Shown here: positions 49,942 through 59,830 of the stretch, one piece after another | How the letters are laid out: every line of letters starts with the position of its first letter | Numbering within the stretch: the stretch's first letter is position 1 | Assembly (NCBI GenBank): GCA_965205025.1 | Contig: CBDBFU010000013.1 | Coordinates: 1 to 64,000, forward strand | DNA length: 64,000 nt | Source of the DNA: Candidatus Poribacteria bacterium | GTDB lineage: Bacteria > Poribacteria > WGA-4E > WGA-3G | Direction: 5' to 3' | Made by a program: the position numbers and the translations under genes | Notes under the pieces: model-generated | Databases searched by the model: none | What the model saw: the letters and a program-made list of their open reading frames with translations, nothing else | Told to the model about the DNA's origin: nothing

Positions 49942-52581
49942 ATGAGCAAACCGCTAAAAGGATTCATCACTTATTCACATAAAGACGCTGCAGCAAAGGA
50001 CGAATTGCGAGAACGCCTTGCTGTCATGGAGCAGAAAAATGAACTCACCACTTGGCACGATGGTGAAATTACTGCGGGTGACGAGTGGTATGAAGATATT
50101 TCCAAAAATCTTGCAGGGTCGGATATGCTTCTCTACCTCGTATCAGCAGCAAGTCTTGCCTCTAAAAACTGCAACAAAGAATTAGCAGAAGCCTTAACCG
50201 CAGACATAAAAGTCATTCCGATCATTCTTGAGTATTGCGATTGGCAGCAGCATCAACTCAGCGACTTTGAGGTTCTACCTTCCAAAGGTAAACCGATTTC
50301 CAACTGGGAGGAACCGAGCGAAGGTTGGCAAAATGTAGTGGATGGAATCCGAAAAGTCGTTGAAATGCAGTCTGAGAATTGTTTTTCTGAAACTATTGAG
50401 AAAAAACTTCGAGCTGAATCAGAATTCCACCGTGGGAATGTTCAGCAGCTGCTTGGGCAGATAGATACGGCAATAGAAGCCTACTCACAGTCCATTGACC
50501 TTAAACCTCGTGTTGCTTGTTCTTATAACAATCGCGGGGCTGCTTACCAGAAAAAAGGAAACTTTGATCGCGCCATTGAAGATTTTAACACGGCAATTGA
50601 ACTAAAAAATGACTACAGCCAAGCTTATTATAATCGTGGGTTCACTTATTACGAAAACGGTAAAATTGAAAAAGCACTTGAAAACTATAATAAAGCAATA
50701 AAACTCAAACCTGATTATGCTGAAGCATATAGCAATCGAGGCAATATTTATAAAAAAGATAGCAATCTTGATAAAGCTGTCGCAGACTATAACATAGCGA
50801 TAAAACTCAAACCAGACCTTGCTGAAGTTCATTACAATCGCAGTGTAGTTTACGAAAATGAAGGCGATTATGATAGGGCTATCCAAGATTGTAACACAGC
50901 AATAAAACTCAAACCTGATTTTCCCGAGGCATACAATAATCGCGGTAACGCTTACATAGGAAAAGGTGAATTTGACAGTGCTATCAACGATTATGATATG
51001 ACGATAAAACTCAAACCCGATTATGCCGAGGCGTATTACAGCCGTGGTACTATTTATGGTAGAATTGGCAATTCTGATAGTGCAATTAAAGACTTTGATA
51101 AAGCGATAGAACTCAAACCTGATTTTCCAGAGGCATACAGTAATCGCGGTAACACTTACGTCTTTGAAGGCAAGTTGGAAAACGCTCTCAAAGACTACAC
51201 CGAAGCAATACAACTTAAACACGACTATGTTGATGCTTACTATAATCGTGGGGCAGTTTATGGCATAACAGGCAATTATGATAGGGCAATCAAAGATTAT
51301 ACCGAAGCGATAAAACTCAATCCACAACATGCCAACGCATATAATAATCGTGGAGTGGCTTGGTTACACCTGCAAGAATGGGATAAAGCCAAAACCGATT
51401 TCACAACTGCCAAACGGTTAGGTGTGGACATAATTGCAATATTCCATAATTCCTACAAAAATGTTGAGAGTTATGAGAAGCGACATCGTGTCAAATTACC
51501 AGAAGACATCGCATTGCTTTTGACAGAACGCCGTCGTACCCGCTACCCCAAAACGCGTAACTTTTTGGATGCCGATGGCAACCCGTTTGAATCGCCGGAC
51601 GTGGTGAATTTACGCGAGCAGTTGCGCAACGTTGGACCACCTTTAAGCGAGTACATCAATGCAAAGTCCGCCTTCGGTATTAACACTGCACCCACTGAGG
51701 TGTTTGTGGTAAACAAAGCAACACGAAATAAACTCATTGCAGCTCATCCTTCCTCTGCTGATATTTTAAAACCGTTTTTACACGGACAGGAGCTCAGACG
51801 TTGGTACGTTGATACACCGCACCAGTGGTTAATCTTTACCCACCGAGGTATAACAATAGACGACTATCCAGCAATCCTGGAGTATTTAGAAAAACATAAA
51901 GAACCTTTGAGGAAAAGAAAAGGAAAACAGGAATGGTATGAGTTGCCAGCACCTCTTAAAGATGTGGAGCGTTTTGCACAACCGAAACTGGTCTGTCCAA
52001 ATACCTATAACCATCAGACTTTCGCGGTGGATACTGCCGGTTATTATTATGGGAATACGTCCTATCTCATCCCAACTGAAGAAACGTGGCTTTGTGGTCT
52101 CCTCAATTCCCGTACTGTGGAGTGGTTTTATTCACAGGTGTCAAAACAATTGACGATTGATCCGCTTCGGGCGCGCAGCGGGTATATCCAGCAGATTCCG
52201 ATTCCCAACATCACGCCAGTACACAAAGCACTTATAGCTAAAGTCGTTGATTATCTGATCTGTCTACAGCAGCAACCGGAGATAAACAGCAAGGATTTGG
52301 CACATGCCCGTGACCGCATAATGCTCGGATATTTTGAGCGAGTTATTGATGGATTGGTTTATGAGGCTTACCTACCTGCTGAACTTCAGAAGAGCGATAA
52401 AGTTTTCTTGCAACCGTTATTAGACGAGGGGTTGCCGTCACTTGAAGAGATTCAGGGTGATAAAATGTCTGCTCTCCGGGACATCTTTGAGCTGTTATAT
52501 GACAGGATGCATCTTGTCCGACGCCACCTTTATTATCTGGATGTTATAAAACCTATCCGCATCATTCAAGGAAAACTGTGA
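49942..52581 (+). CDS. TIR domain - ~10 TPR repeats - TaqI_C/Eco57I-like target recognition domain fusion
   Basis: TIR: FITYSHKD, WHDGEITAGDEW, LVSAASLASKNCNKE. TPRs: AIKLKPDYAEAY.NRG. TRD: LKPFLHGQELRRW, DYPAILEYLEKHK, WYEL, PKLV, LCGLLNS, QIPIP. No MTase motifs. Confidence 0.88.
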   Translation: MSKPLKGFITYSHKDAAAKDELRERLAVMEQKNELTTWHDGEITAGDEWYEDISKNLAGSDMLLYLVSAASLASKNCNKELAEALTADIKVIPIILEYCDWQQHQLSDFEVLPSKGKPISNWEEPSEGWQNVVDGIRKVVEMQSENCFSETIEKKLRAESEFHRGNVQQLLGQIDTAIEAYSQSIDLKPRVACSYNNRGAAYQKKGNFDRAIEDFNTAIELKNDYSQAYYNRGFTYYENGKIEKALENYNKAIKLKPDYAEAYSNRGNIYKKDSNLDKAVADYNIAIKLKPDLAEVHYNRSVVYENEGDYDRAIQDCNTAIKLKPDFPEAYNNRGNAYIGKGEFDSAINDYDMTIKLKPDYAEAYYSRGTIYGRIGNSDSAIKDFDKAIELKPDFPEAYSNRGNTYVFEGKLENALKDYTEAIQLKHDYVDAYYNRGAVYGITGNYDRAIKDYTEAIKLNPQHANAYNNRGVAWLHLQEWDKAKTDFTTAKRLGVDIIAIFHNSYKNVESYEKRHRVKLPEDIALLLTERRRTRYPKTRNFLDADGNPFESPDVVNLREQLRNVGPPLSEYINAKSAFGINTAPTEVFVVNKATRNKLIAAHPSSADILKPFLHGQELRRWYVDTPHQWLIFTHRGITIDDYPAILEYLEKHKEPLRKRKGKQEWYELPAPLKDVERFAQPKLVCPNTYNHQTFAVDTAGYYYGNTSYLIPTEETWLCGLLNSRTVEWFYSQVSKQLTIDPLRARSGYIQQIPIPNITPVHKALIAKVVDYLICLQQQPEINSKDLAHARDRIMLGYFERVIDGLVYEAYLPAELQKSDKVFLQPLLDEGLPSLEEIQGDKMSALRDIFELLYDRMHLVRRHLYYLDVIKPIRIIQGKL

Positions 52582-54006
52582 AAATAACCGACATTGAGAT
52601 AAAAAACTTCAGAGCTTTTCCCAAACCCTACCAAATCAAGCTGGATAATGCAGGAAAGAATTTATTAGTTTATGGAGAAAACGGGAGTGGAAAATCATCG
52701 TTGTATCTCGCGTTAAAATATTTCTTCAAATCAGGTTTGGATACCAACGACGAGAGTGACAAAAGTAATGATTTTGAAAGTCATCAGAACATCTTTGTCA
52801 ATGATCCTGGTCATGTCAAACTCTCTTTCGGTAAAGATTCCTATGAGTGGTCAAAATCCATTACAGAAACGACTGATGAACTGATTAAGGAGACAGCAAA
52901 AGCGAGCGGATTTCTTGACTATAAAGACCTTTTGGGAGTACACTATCTGCAACCCGAAGGCGAAGCAGTGAATGTGTTTGATTTGCTGGTTGAGACGCTT
53001 TTAGCATATACTATCAACCCTGTGACGGACAGAACCCTCGTAGACGATTGGGATGAGATCCAAGGAACCTTATCCCCGTAGAAGTGCAAAAAATAAAATT
53101 GCAGACCTTGAAAATCGGATAGACATCTTCAACATTGAACTTGCTAACAGATTAGATGAATTGCGTCCAAAAGTGAGCGAGATTCTTGGTAAGTTCGGAT
53201 ATAAAGTTGATCTTGATTTAGATTTTCAAGGTGTAACCTATAATCACACGAATAAAACGCTTGATAACCAGCAGATTCTATTGAATGTCAAATTCTTTGA
53301 CAAAGATGTCTCTAAAGAATACCTTTTGTTAAATGAAGCAAAATTGTCAGCAATTGCAATTTCCATTTATCTTTCATCGATTCTACTTCTACCAGATCCA
53401 GAAAGTGGATTGAGAATTCTTGCCCTTGATGATGTTCTAATCGGTTTGGACATGTCTAACCGCTTTCCAGTCCTTGATATACTTGAGGAGTACTTCAAAG
53501 ATTACCAAATCTTTTTGATGACTTACGATAAAGCCTGGTATGAGATTGCTAAACAACGGTTGGATGAGCAGAATTGGAAATACACTGAATTTTATTTCAA
53601 AGCAACCGACGAATACGAAATACCTGTGTGTAAGGAAGATAGACCATATTTGGAAAAAGCAAAAGAATATCTTGATGAGAATGACTATAAGGCTTGTGCT
53701 ATTTATGTTCGCACTGCATTTGAAGCGGCAATCAAGAAATATTGTGAGGAAAAAGACCTTGCTGTAAAATACCGTGAAAACCCAAAAGACTTGAAAAGTG
53801 AAGATTTCTGGGTGCCGATTAAAACAAAAATGAACGATGCTGGCAATCTTCTTTTGAATGTAAAAGTTGTTGACAAGATTGAATCGACTCGAAAATTTAC
53901 TTTAAACGAACTTTCTCATGTATCTGTTGCGAACATCTACATAAAAGAACTTGAGGATGCCATTGCAGCCGTGGAGGAGCTTGAAACTGCGTTAACATCA
54001 GTCTAA
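52578..54006 (+). CDS. RloC-like/AAA_13 ABC-ATPase with C-terminal HEPN-like domain, split by a +1 frameshift at ~53061-53064
   Basis: IKNFRAF, Walker A YGENGSGKSS, signature LNEAKLSA, Walker B LDDVLIGLD, MTYD, and C-terminal RTAFE...RKFTLNELSH. The frames join as DEIQ-EPYPRR. The GTG start overlaps the upstream TGA. Confidence 0.8.
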
Positions 54007-54428
54007 GTTTTACTAAGTCATTCACAACGATACAGACCAGATCAGTGAACTGCTAACACCCCCACAACCATAGCAGCAAAACAAAAACACTCACCTTAGC
54101 GGATAACCTGATGTTACAGACTGCCAATCCGTGAAATCCGTGTAATCTGTGTAATCCGTGATTCAGACAACAAAGAATCCCGAACAGACAAGACAACCCT
54201 CACACCACAGCACAAACCAATGCAAAGGCTTACACTTGAAAACGGTCTTGCTAAGCTGGGGTCTGAACTGTCCAATTTAAGGGAAAAAGAAATTGCGATT
54301 GTGGAGAGGGCTGTCTGATTAGTAGAAGGCACTGAGTTTGAGAGGGTAATAGGGATTTTGGTTGATATGTGGGGGTTGGTTGCGTTATCATTACCCTCAA
54401 GTAATACGAATTGTGCGGGAGAAAAGAT

Positions 54429-55094
54429 ATGCAAGAACTAAATCAAAGGTTTGTTAATGCCTCTTACGACCTCAATTTTATTTATGCTGATAACACACTT
54501 TTTCGCAAACAGAATAGTGTTGAGGCACACAATAACCAAGGCATTAATCATGCCGAAAATGGACATTATGATCTTGCCATCACCTCCTTCAACAAAGCCA
54601 TAGAACTGAAACCTGATTTTGCAACAGCCTATAATAATCGAGGTCTAACTTATCTGCTCAACGACGAAGTTGATAAGGCAATAAGAGATTATACGAAAGT
54701 AATAGAACTTAACCCAGATAATGCGGAAGTCTATAACATTCGTGGATGTATTTATTTCAGCAAAAATGTGGTTGACCGTGCCATTAAAGACTTTAATAAA
54801 GCAATAGAGCTTAACCCAGATAATGCCGTTGTCTATAACAACCGCGGTTTAGCTTATGCGAAAAAAAGTATGGTGGAACTCGCTATTGCTGACTATTCTA
54901 AAGCGATAGCACTCAATCCCGATTATACTGAGGTATATTATTATCGCGGAGGTGCATTGTTACGACTCGAAAAGCGAGAGAGGGCTAAATTAGACATCGC
55001 GATTGCCAGAAGCATGGAATATGACGCTCTCATTGCCTTAGACAAAATTCTGAAAGAATACGATCGCGGATGGAAAACCCTTGCCGACTTATGA
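54429..55094 (+). CDS. TPR-repeat protein
   Basis: About 5 TPRs (AIELNPDNA..YNNRG). ATG at 54429. Confidence 0.85.
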   Translation: MQELNQRFVNASYDLNFIYADNTLFRKQNSVEAHNNQGINHAENGHYDLAITSFNKAIELKPDFATAYNNRGLTYLLNDEVDKAIRDYTKVIELNPDNAEVYNIRGCIYFSKNVVDRAIKDFNKAIELNPDNAVVYNNRGLAYAKKSMVELAIADYSKAIALNPDYTEVYYYRGGALLRLEKRERAKLDIAIARSMEYDALIALDKILKEYDRGWKTLADL

Positions 55095-55232
55095 AATATT
55101 TAGATGATTGCAGACAATAAAATCCGCGTCCTTCGCGCACAAACTGCCGATTAGCATTCCCCGCTAAAACAATTGATGATCAACGAAAGTTGTGATATAC
55201 TCTTTTCAACTGTTTCACGAAGAGGTGGATAT

Positions 55233-55520
55233 CATGAAAACGCTCCCATTAGAAATAGACCATAAAATCAAGTTGCCCCGTGACTGGGTCAGAGAATTAG
55301 GATTGGAATCGGGTATTATACTTGAACTGACAGACGAGGGATCCTCATCCGTCCCTACTCAGCACAGACGTGGGACGAAATCTATGCCGAGAAACTCAAA
55401 ATGGGAATTCCTTCGGTATTAGACCTGTCCGAGGTAAGTGGTGATGACCTTATCTTCTGAACAATTCGCCGGTCGCGGATTAGACGCAATGCTGATCGTC
55501 TATTCTTTGCTCAATGACCA
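55233..55520 (+). pseudogene. AbrB-like antitoxin (frameshifted) plus N-terminal PIN-toxin fragment (VapBC remnant)
   Basis: KIKLPRDWVRELGL..LELTDEG continues in another frame as ILIRPYSAQTWDEIY...DDLIF*. The overlapping GLDAMLIVYSLLNDH is a PIN-like start that is then cut off. Confidence 0.6.
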
Positions 55521-55742
55521 TCAATTGTTTATTTCTTGTTGTCTCATAGCAAGGTGTTTGTTAATCAGTTCAAGCACTGCGGGTACCAATTCGGTAGGAA
55601 TCGTCATCAATGTGTTAGACTCATCCTGAAATGCAGCCTCATCTTCAGCAACAGCTTCACCCTCTGTTTGGTCTTCATAATGTGTAATAACACTTTGTAC
55701 GCTTGCTTCATCCCACCCAGGTGGAAATTTAATCTGCGTCAT
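55521..55742 (-). CDS. Small conserved hypothetical protein (probable orphan antitoxin)
   Basis: FPPGWDE..V..VI.HYE.QTE.EAVAEDEAA..M.IP.ELVP.V. AAGGAG RBS. Confidence 0.65.
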   Translation of the reverse strand: MTQIKFPPGWDEASVQSVITHYEDQTEGEAVAEDEAAFQDESNTLMTIPTELVPAVLELINKHLAMRQQEINN

Positions 55743-56024
55743 CGTCTGTTTCTCCTTAGAACATCTTCTACCTCATCCTCGTTGACATTATTGAGTGTAC
55801 TTAATAGTCTCTGATAAGGGACGGGGAATGCCTTAAGGTATTCATACTGTTGATTTTGTAGGTGAGTTCTCCAATCAGAGATGAGTAATTAACATTTAGA
55901 AATGGTATCATTTACCCGGTTTGCATAGTGAAAGCGTGTTTGAAGAGGGTAAGGAGTGATACCACAAACTAACAGTATGTGGTACAAAGAGGAACAGTGA
56001 ACAATAGTTGTATATGGACAGGGA

Positions 56025-56285
56025 TCATCCGACTGCGATAGCGTAATTGGTCAATGCTGGACTCCGTTTTTTTGCACGTTTTGCAGTCTCTATTAACTCT
56101 TTGACAGTGTCAATTAGGGCATCCATCGTTTCCGGTGTGAAGGAGGGATCTCCATCTTCTGGACACACCCATGCCCAGACATTTTCTATCCGAACAGATA
56201 TATCATCTTCGGTATATTCAAAGACAGTTTGACTCCATACTTTTTCTTTTTTGTGCTGTGTACAGATTGGTATAGGGTTATTCAT
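56025..56285 (-). CDS. YgiT/MqsA-type zinc-finger protein
   Basis: IPIC..H, IENVWAWVCPEDG. Paired with DUF4258. Confidence 0.75.
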   Translation of the reverse strand: MNNPIPICTQHKKEKVWSQTVFEYTEDDISVRIENVWAWVCPEDGDPSFTPETMDALIDTVKELIETAKRAKKRSPALTNYAIAVG

Positions 56286-56288
56286 AGA

Positions 56289-56624
56289 TTACCTCTCTTT
56301 GCGTTTCCTATGCTGAAAAGTTGGTGGTTCCCATTGAAGTTCATCAGGAATATAAGCGGTTATGAACTCAATTAGGACTGGATGAGCATGTTCACAGACG
56401 ACATGTAGGTAAACGGGTACGCCGTCTTGGAGCGTTGTCCTACCACTAATTAAGACTCGTTCTTCCTCTAAATATTCCTCTATGATCTCCCCATTCAAAA
56501 TTACGTCAATAATATGTTTACGTTCAAAACCTTCTTTTAATGCGTGCTGCACAGCATGTGGTTTCGTCAGATAGTGTCCATCGCGGATTCTATTTTGTAT
56601 AGTTTGTATATTCAAAGTTTCCAT
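56289..56624 (-). CDS. DUF4258 (RelE-like) putative toxin
   Basis: HA, ILNGEIIEEY, LHVVC, ITAYIPD..W. Confidence 0.85.
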   Translation of the reverse strand: METLNIQTIQNRIRDGHYLTKPHAVQHALKEGFERKHIIDVILNGEIIEEYLEEERVLISGRTTLQDGVPVYLHVVCEHAHPVLIEFITAYIPDELQWEPPTFQHRKRKER

Positions 56625-56877
56625 TACACTGGTATATAAAGCGTTCTACCAGCATATAATTAAAGAATATATTATTCTTGTTGTAATGTCAAATGGTAAT
56701 TGAACAAGGGGTGCATAAATAATTTGTCCCTATGGGTCAACTTAAAAAATTTGCTGATCTCCATGTAAGACTGGTTGGTTTTATTCCAAATAATGGTATA
56801 AGTTGACTATATGCAAAATATACCATATACTTTAATTCAACGAATATATGAAAAGTATTATAAAGAGGATCAAATAC

Positions 56878-57198
56878 ATGGCAATTGCAAAAATCCGAGA
56901 ACATGGACAGATAACCATTCCTAAACCAATCAGAGAAAGTTTAGGACTTAAAAAGGGTGATATCGTTGATGCACGACTTGAAGGAGATTGTGTAGTAATC
57001 ACTCCCAGAAAAATGGTTTCATCGGAGGACTGGGAAAAACTCTTGCAAGTCATGAATAGTGTGCATGAACAGAACAAAGGTATAAGTGAAGAACAAGTCT
57101 ATCAAGATGTAGAACGTGCAGTTGCTGAACTTCGACAAGAAGAATATGGTAAACAGAATATTGCCCACAATATTAGGATGGACTGTCCACTATTGTAG
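56878..57198 (+). CDS. AbrB/MazE/SpoVT-family DNA-binding antitoxin (orphan)
   Basis: AKIREHGQITIPKPIRESLGLKKGDIV. ATG at 56878 follows GAGG. Confidence 0.85.
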   Translation: MAIAKIREHGQITIPKPIRESLGLKKGDIVDARLEGDCVVITPRKMVSSEDWEKLLQVMNSVHEQNKGISEEQVYQDVERAVAELRQEEYGKQNIAHNIRMDCPLL

Positions 57199-57231
57199 AA
57201 TGTCGAATTAATACTAAAATCTATCATAGCC

Positions 57232-57700
57232 ATGTTTCACAGTCAAACCGAACTTATTGAAAAAATCATGTTGGGAGAAGAGTCAACGATAGAATTCAAA
57301 AGAGAGATGCCACACAGATATTCGTGAAATAATAATGGAGGCTATCATGCAAGAGTCATCAGTTATTCAACATTTCCTTCAACAAGGCATTGATCAAGGC
57401 GTGCGAGAAAGTCTCATTGAGGGCATCCTTGAAAACTTGGAGGTACGTTTCCATGCTCACAACTTGCAAGAAGTAAAGACAGCATTGGAACGTATTGAAA
57501 CGCTGCAACGTCTTAGACAATTGCGCCGTACATCCTTACAGGCACAGAGTCTGGAAGCTTTCCAGCAAACGTTAAATGAATAGACACAGAAGTTTGCTGA
57601 CAATGTTTTTCGAAGATGTGAATATCATGAACGACTATAGAGACATTATTACCATTGAACCGAGTAAACATAGCGACAACCATGTATTCGTGGAACGCGA
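57232..57700 (+). pseudogene. Concatenated gene fragments: AlbA_2/Schlafen N-terminus, Rpn-family (PD-(D/E)XK) C-terminus, DUF433 N-terminus
   Basis: MFHSQTELIEKIMLGEESTIEFK; MQESSVIQHFLQQGIDQG..LEVRF..LEAF; MNDYRDIITIEP..QPCIRG in a shifted frame. Confidence 0.6.
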
Positions 57701-58459
57701 CTCAACATCTTTATTCAATTCGTTTATTATAGAGGTAAAGATAAAGATGCAAATCATAGTAAGAGAATTCTGATAGGAAAACATCCTCTCCGTGTAATCC
57801 GCGATTCAGAAAATACACATCTTTGTACCACAAACTTTTAGTTTGTAAGATTACTCCTTATCCTCTACAAACCCTCTCCTCCGCGTAATCCGTGATACAG
57901 AAACGAGAACCATCCACACACAAAAACCCTCTTCTCCGTGAAATCCGTACTGTTTATACCGATCTTACAATAATATCAAATAAATTGAAGAAAAATATAA
58001 AACCAGCAACAAATAAACAACAGATAAAAAGCACCGTAAAATCCATAAATTCACAGAACGCCAGACAAAAGACAAATGGAATTCACTTGCATACAATATT
58101 CACATACGTTATAATATATGTAATACAGAGTATAGTATGAACCCAAAAACCGTTTTCATTACTTTTATAATAACTTTGGATTTCCAAAATATTTTGGAAA
58201 TCCAACAAACCTATGCCAATACAGGATTTATGACACACCCATCAAAATACAGAAATGCCATATTTAATAACAGATTAAAAATGTCCGATTTACATAACAG
58301 CCTGAAAACCCTTTCTGGTATGGGCGTTAGAGCAATTTTGAGTAAGCAATTTAAAAATTGTGTTATAAAAATCAAAATTACAGTTTTGGATATCATAAAT
58401 AAACTAAAGAAAAGGCAAAATTCAAATTTTTATAATTTCTATTTCAATTTGGTATAAAC

Positions 58460-58598
58460 CCAGACTATGACAGGGGTTACAAGGGTAATTTACACCAATT
58501 TCAATGTTACACGATGTAACGAAAAGTGTAACTTTTTTCATTTTTTTAACGCATAAAGAAATGCAACAACAAGAACTACTGTCTGAGTATTTAGGATT
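58460..58598 (+). repeat. Repeat family A copy
   Basis: Aligns by eye with 866-1007. Confidence 0.85.
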
Positions 58599-58654
58599 GT
58601 GATCCAAGAGTGTATACCATCTACAATCCAATTAAGTAAAATATAATATAACAT

Positions 58655-58743
58655 ATGTGATTCACGGAGAATTGGGGTTATTAAATCTATAAACCTTTAT
58701 AGAATAAGGGTTCGCAAAATTGCTCCGTGAAGGTTTCCGTGAA
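58655..58743 (+). repeat. Repeat family B copy (core)
   Basis: Aligns with 1271-1358. Confidence 0.88.
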
Positions 58744-58814
58744 TGAAGGTGTGGATTTCTCAATCGGATGTTAACAGAATCTTAACCATGAGATCAGATA
58801 TCGTCCAATGTTCA

Positions 58815-58843
58815 TTGACAAGAACCATAGTATAATATAGAAT
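58815..58843 (+). promoter_or_regulatory. sigma70-type promoter for LamG gene
   Basis: TTGACA-17bp-TAGAAT, followed by an AGGAGG RBS. Confidence 0.6.
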
Positions 58844-58878
58844 ATCCCTATTAAACTCTTGTTAGGAGGAAGCAAACT

Positions 58879-59634
58879 ATGAGAAACCCTATATGTATTT
58901 TGCTTATAACGACAATTCTTTGTATTCTAACAATACCTTATACTGTAGATGCAGCGGATGATCTTATTTTCCATTTCCCTTTTGATGAAGGGAATGGAGA
59001 TAAAACTAAAGACAAATCGGATAACAGTTTTGAAGGTACAATAAAGAATGCGAATTGGGTTGAAGGAGTGGTTGGTGAAGCACTTGAATTTAATAGTGGA
59101 TTTGTAAATGTCGAACCTTTGGGTGTTGACGTGCCTGATGAGATGACGATCGAAATGTGGTTTAAACCAGCCGAGAAAATTGCCGGTGGTGGCAGAATTG
59201 ATTTACTATATAGACTTACTGGAGGCGGAAGACCACATCTCACATTTAACCGGGGTGGACTTCTCTTTGGATGTTATGTAGCAACGAATGCTGTTGAGTT
59301 TGAAGTAATCTCAACCTATACCGCGTTTGAACCACAATGGTATTACCTTGTTTTGACACAAGATCAAGATACAGCCATTATGTATATTGATGGTAAGAAA
59401 GATGCTGAAGCAAATGCAGGTGGCCCTGTCAGAATGGATTTCTCTGCAAATGGAATGTGTATTGCAGCAAATCAAGGCAATAGTAATTTCTTCAATGGTA
59501 CAATAGATGAAGTTAAAATGCGGGATGTTGCTCTGTCTGCTGATGATGTAAAAAAGAATATGGATCAAGTCTTAGCAGTTGATGCTGATGATAAGTTAAC
59601 AACCACCTGGGGAGATATAAAGTCAAGACTCTAA
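58879..59634 (+). CDS. Secreted LamG-like jelly-roll protein with C-terminal KLTTTWGDIK motif
   Basis: Signal peptide, FPFDEGNG, WVEGVVGEALEF, TIEMWFKP, MYIDG, FNGTIDEV. Confidence 0.92.
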   Translation: MRNPICILLITTILCILTIPYTVDAADDLIFHFPFDEGNGDKTKDKSDNSFEGTIKNANWVEGVVGEALEFNSGFVNVEPLGVDVPDEMTIEMWFKPAEKIAGGGRIDLLYRLTGGGRPHLTFNRGGLLFGCYVATNAVEFEVISTYTAFEPQWYYLVLTQDQDTAIMYIDGKKDAEANAGGPVRMDFSANGMCIAANQGNSNFFNGTIDEVKMRDVALSADDVKKNMDQVLAVDADDKLTTTWGDIKSRL

Positions 59635-59647
59635 TTGTACCTAACAA

Positions 59648-59786
59648 TAACGTGAGTTTGATAAATAGTTAGACTTCCACATTTCCTCTTAAAGTCCCCC
59701 TGATAAGGGCGGGGAATGCCATAAGGCATTCATACCGTTGATTCTTTAGGGGGTTAAAAACACCAAAATGACGATTTTTTCAGCAA
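59648..59786 (-). repeat. Composite repeat, inverted copy of 49541-49678
   Basis: See 49541-49678. Confidence 0.9.
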
Positions 59787-59830
59787 TATGTCCGTTCATG
59801 GAATATCCAAAATAAAGAGAATAGTAAATA

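Noticed and set aside
50602-51330. 242-aa antisense ORF, and similar ones at 15826-16521, 11826-12260, 43514-43975, 62743-63198
   Set aside because: These are shadows of repetitive or codon-biased sense genes.
54114-54434. Minus-strand 106-aa ORF ending SESRITQITRISRI
   Set aside because: Its tail is just the translation of the 9-bp AATCCGTGT repeat, and there is no other support.
50400-54960. Diversity-generating retroelement (TR/VR) among TPR repeats
   Set aside because: There is no reverse transcriptase, and the differences between repeats are not adenine-specific.
57892-58631. ORFs 57892-58140, 58137-58457, 58211-58396, 58422-58631
   Set aside because: Low-complexity AT-rich sequence overlapping repeats, with no family features.
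602-59744. 34-bp hairpin repeats as CRISPR repeats or integron attC sites
   Set aside because: The copies are dispersed in both orientations and not regularly spaced. They lack RYYYAAC/GTTRRRY ends, and there is no integrase.
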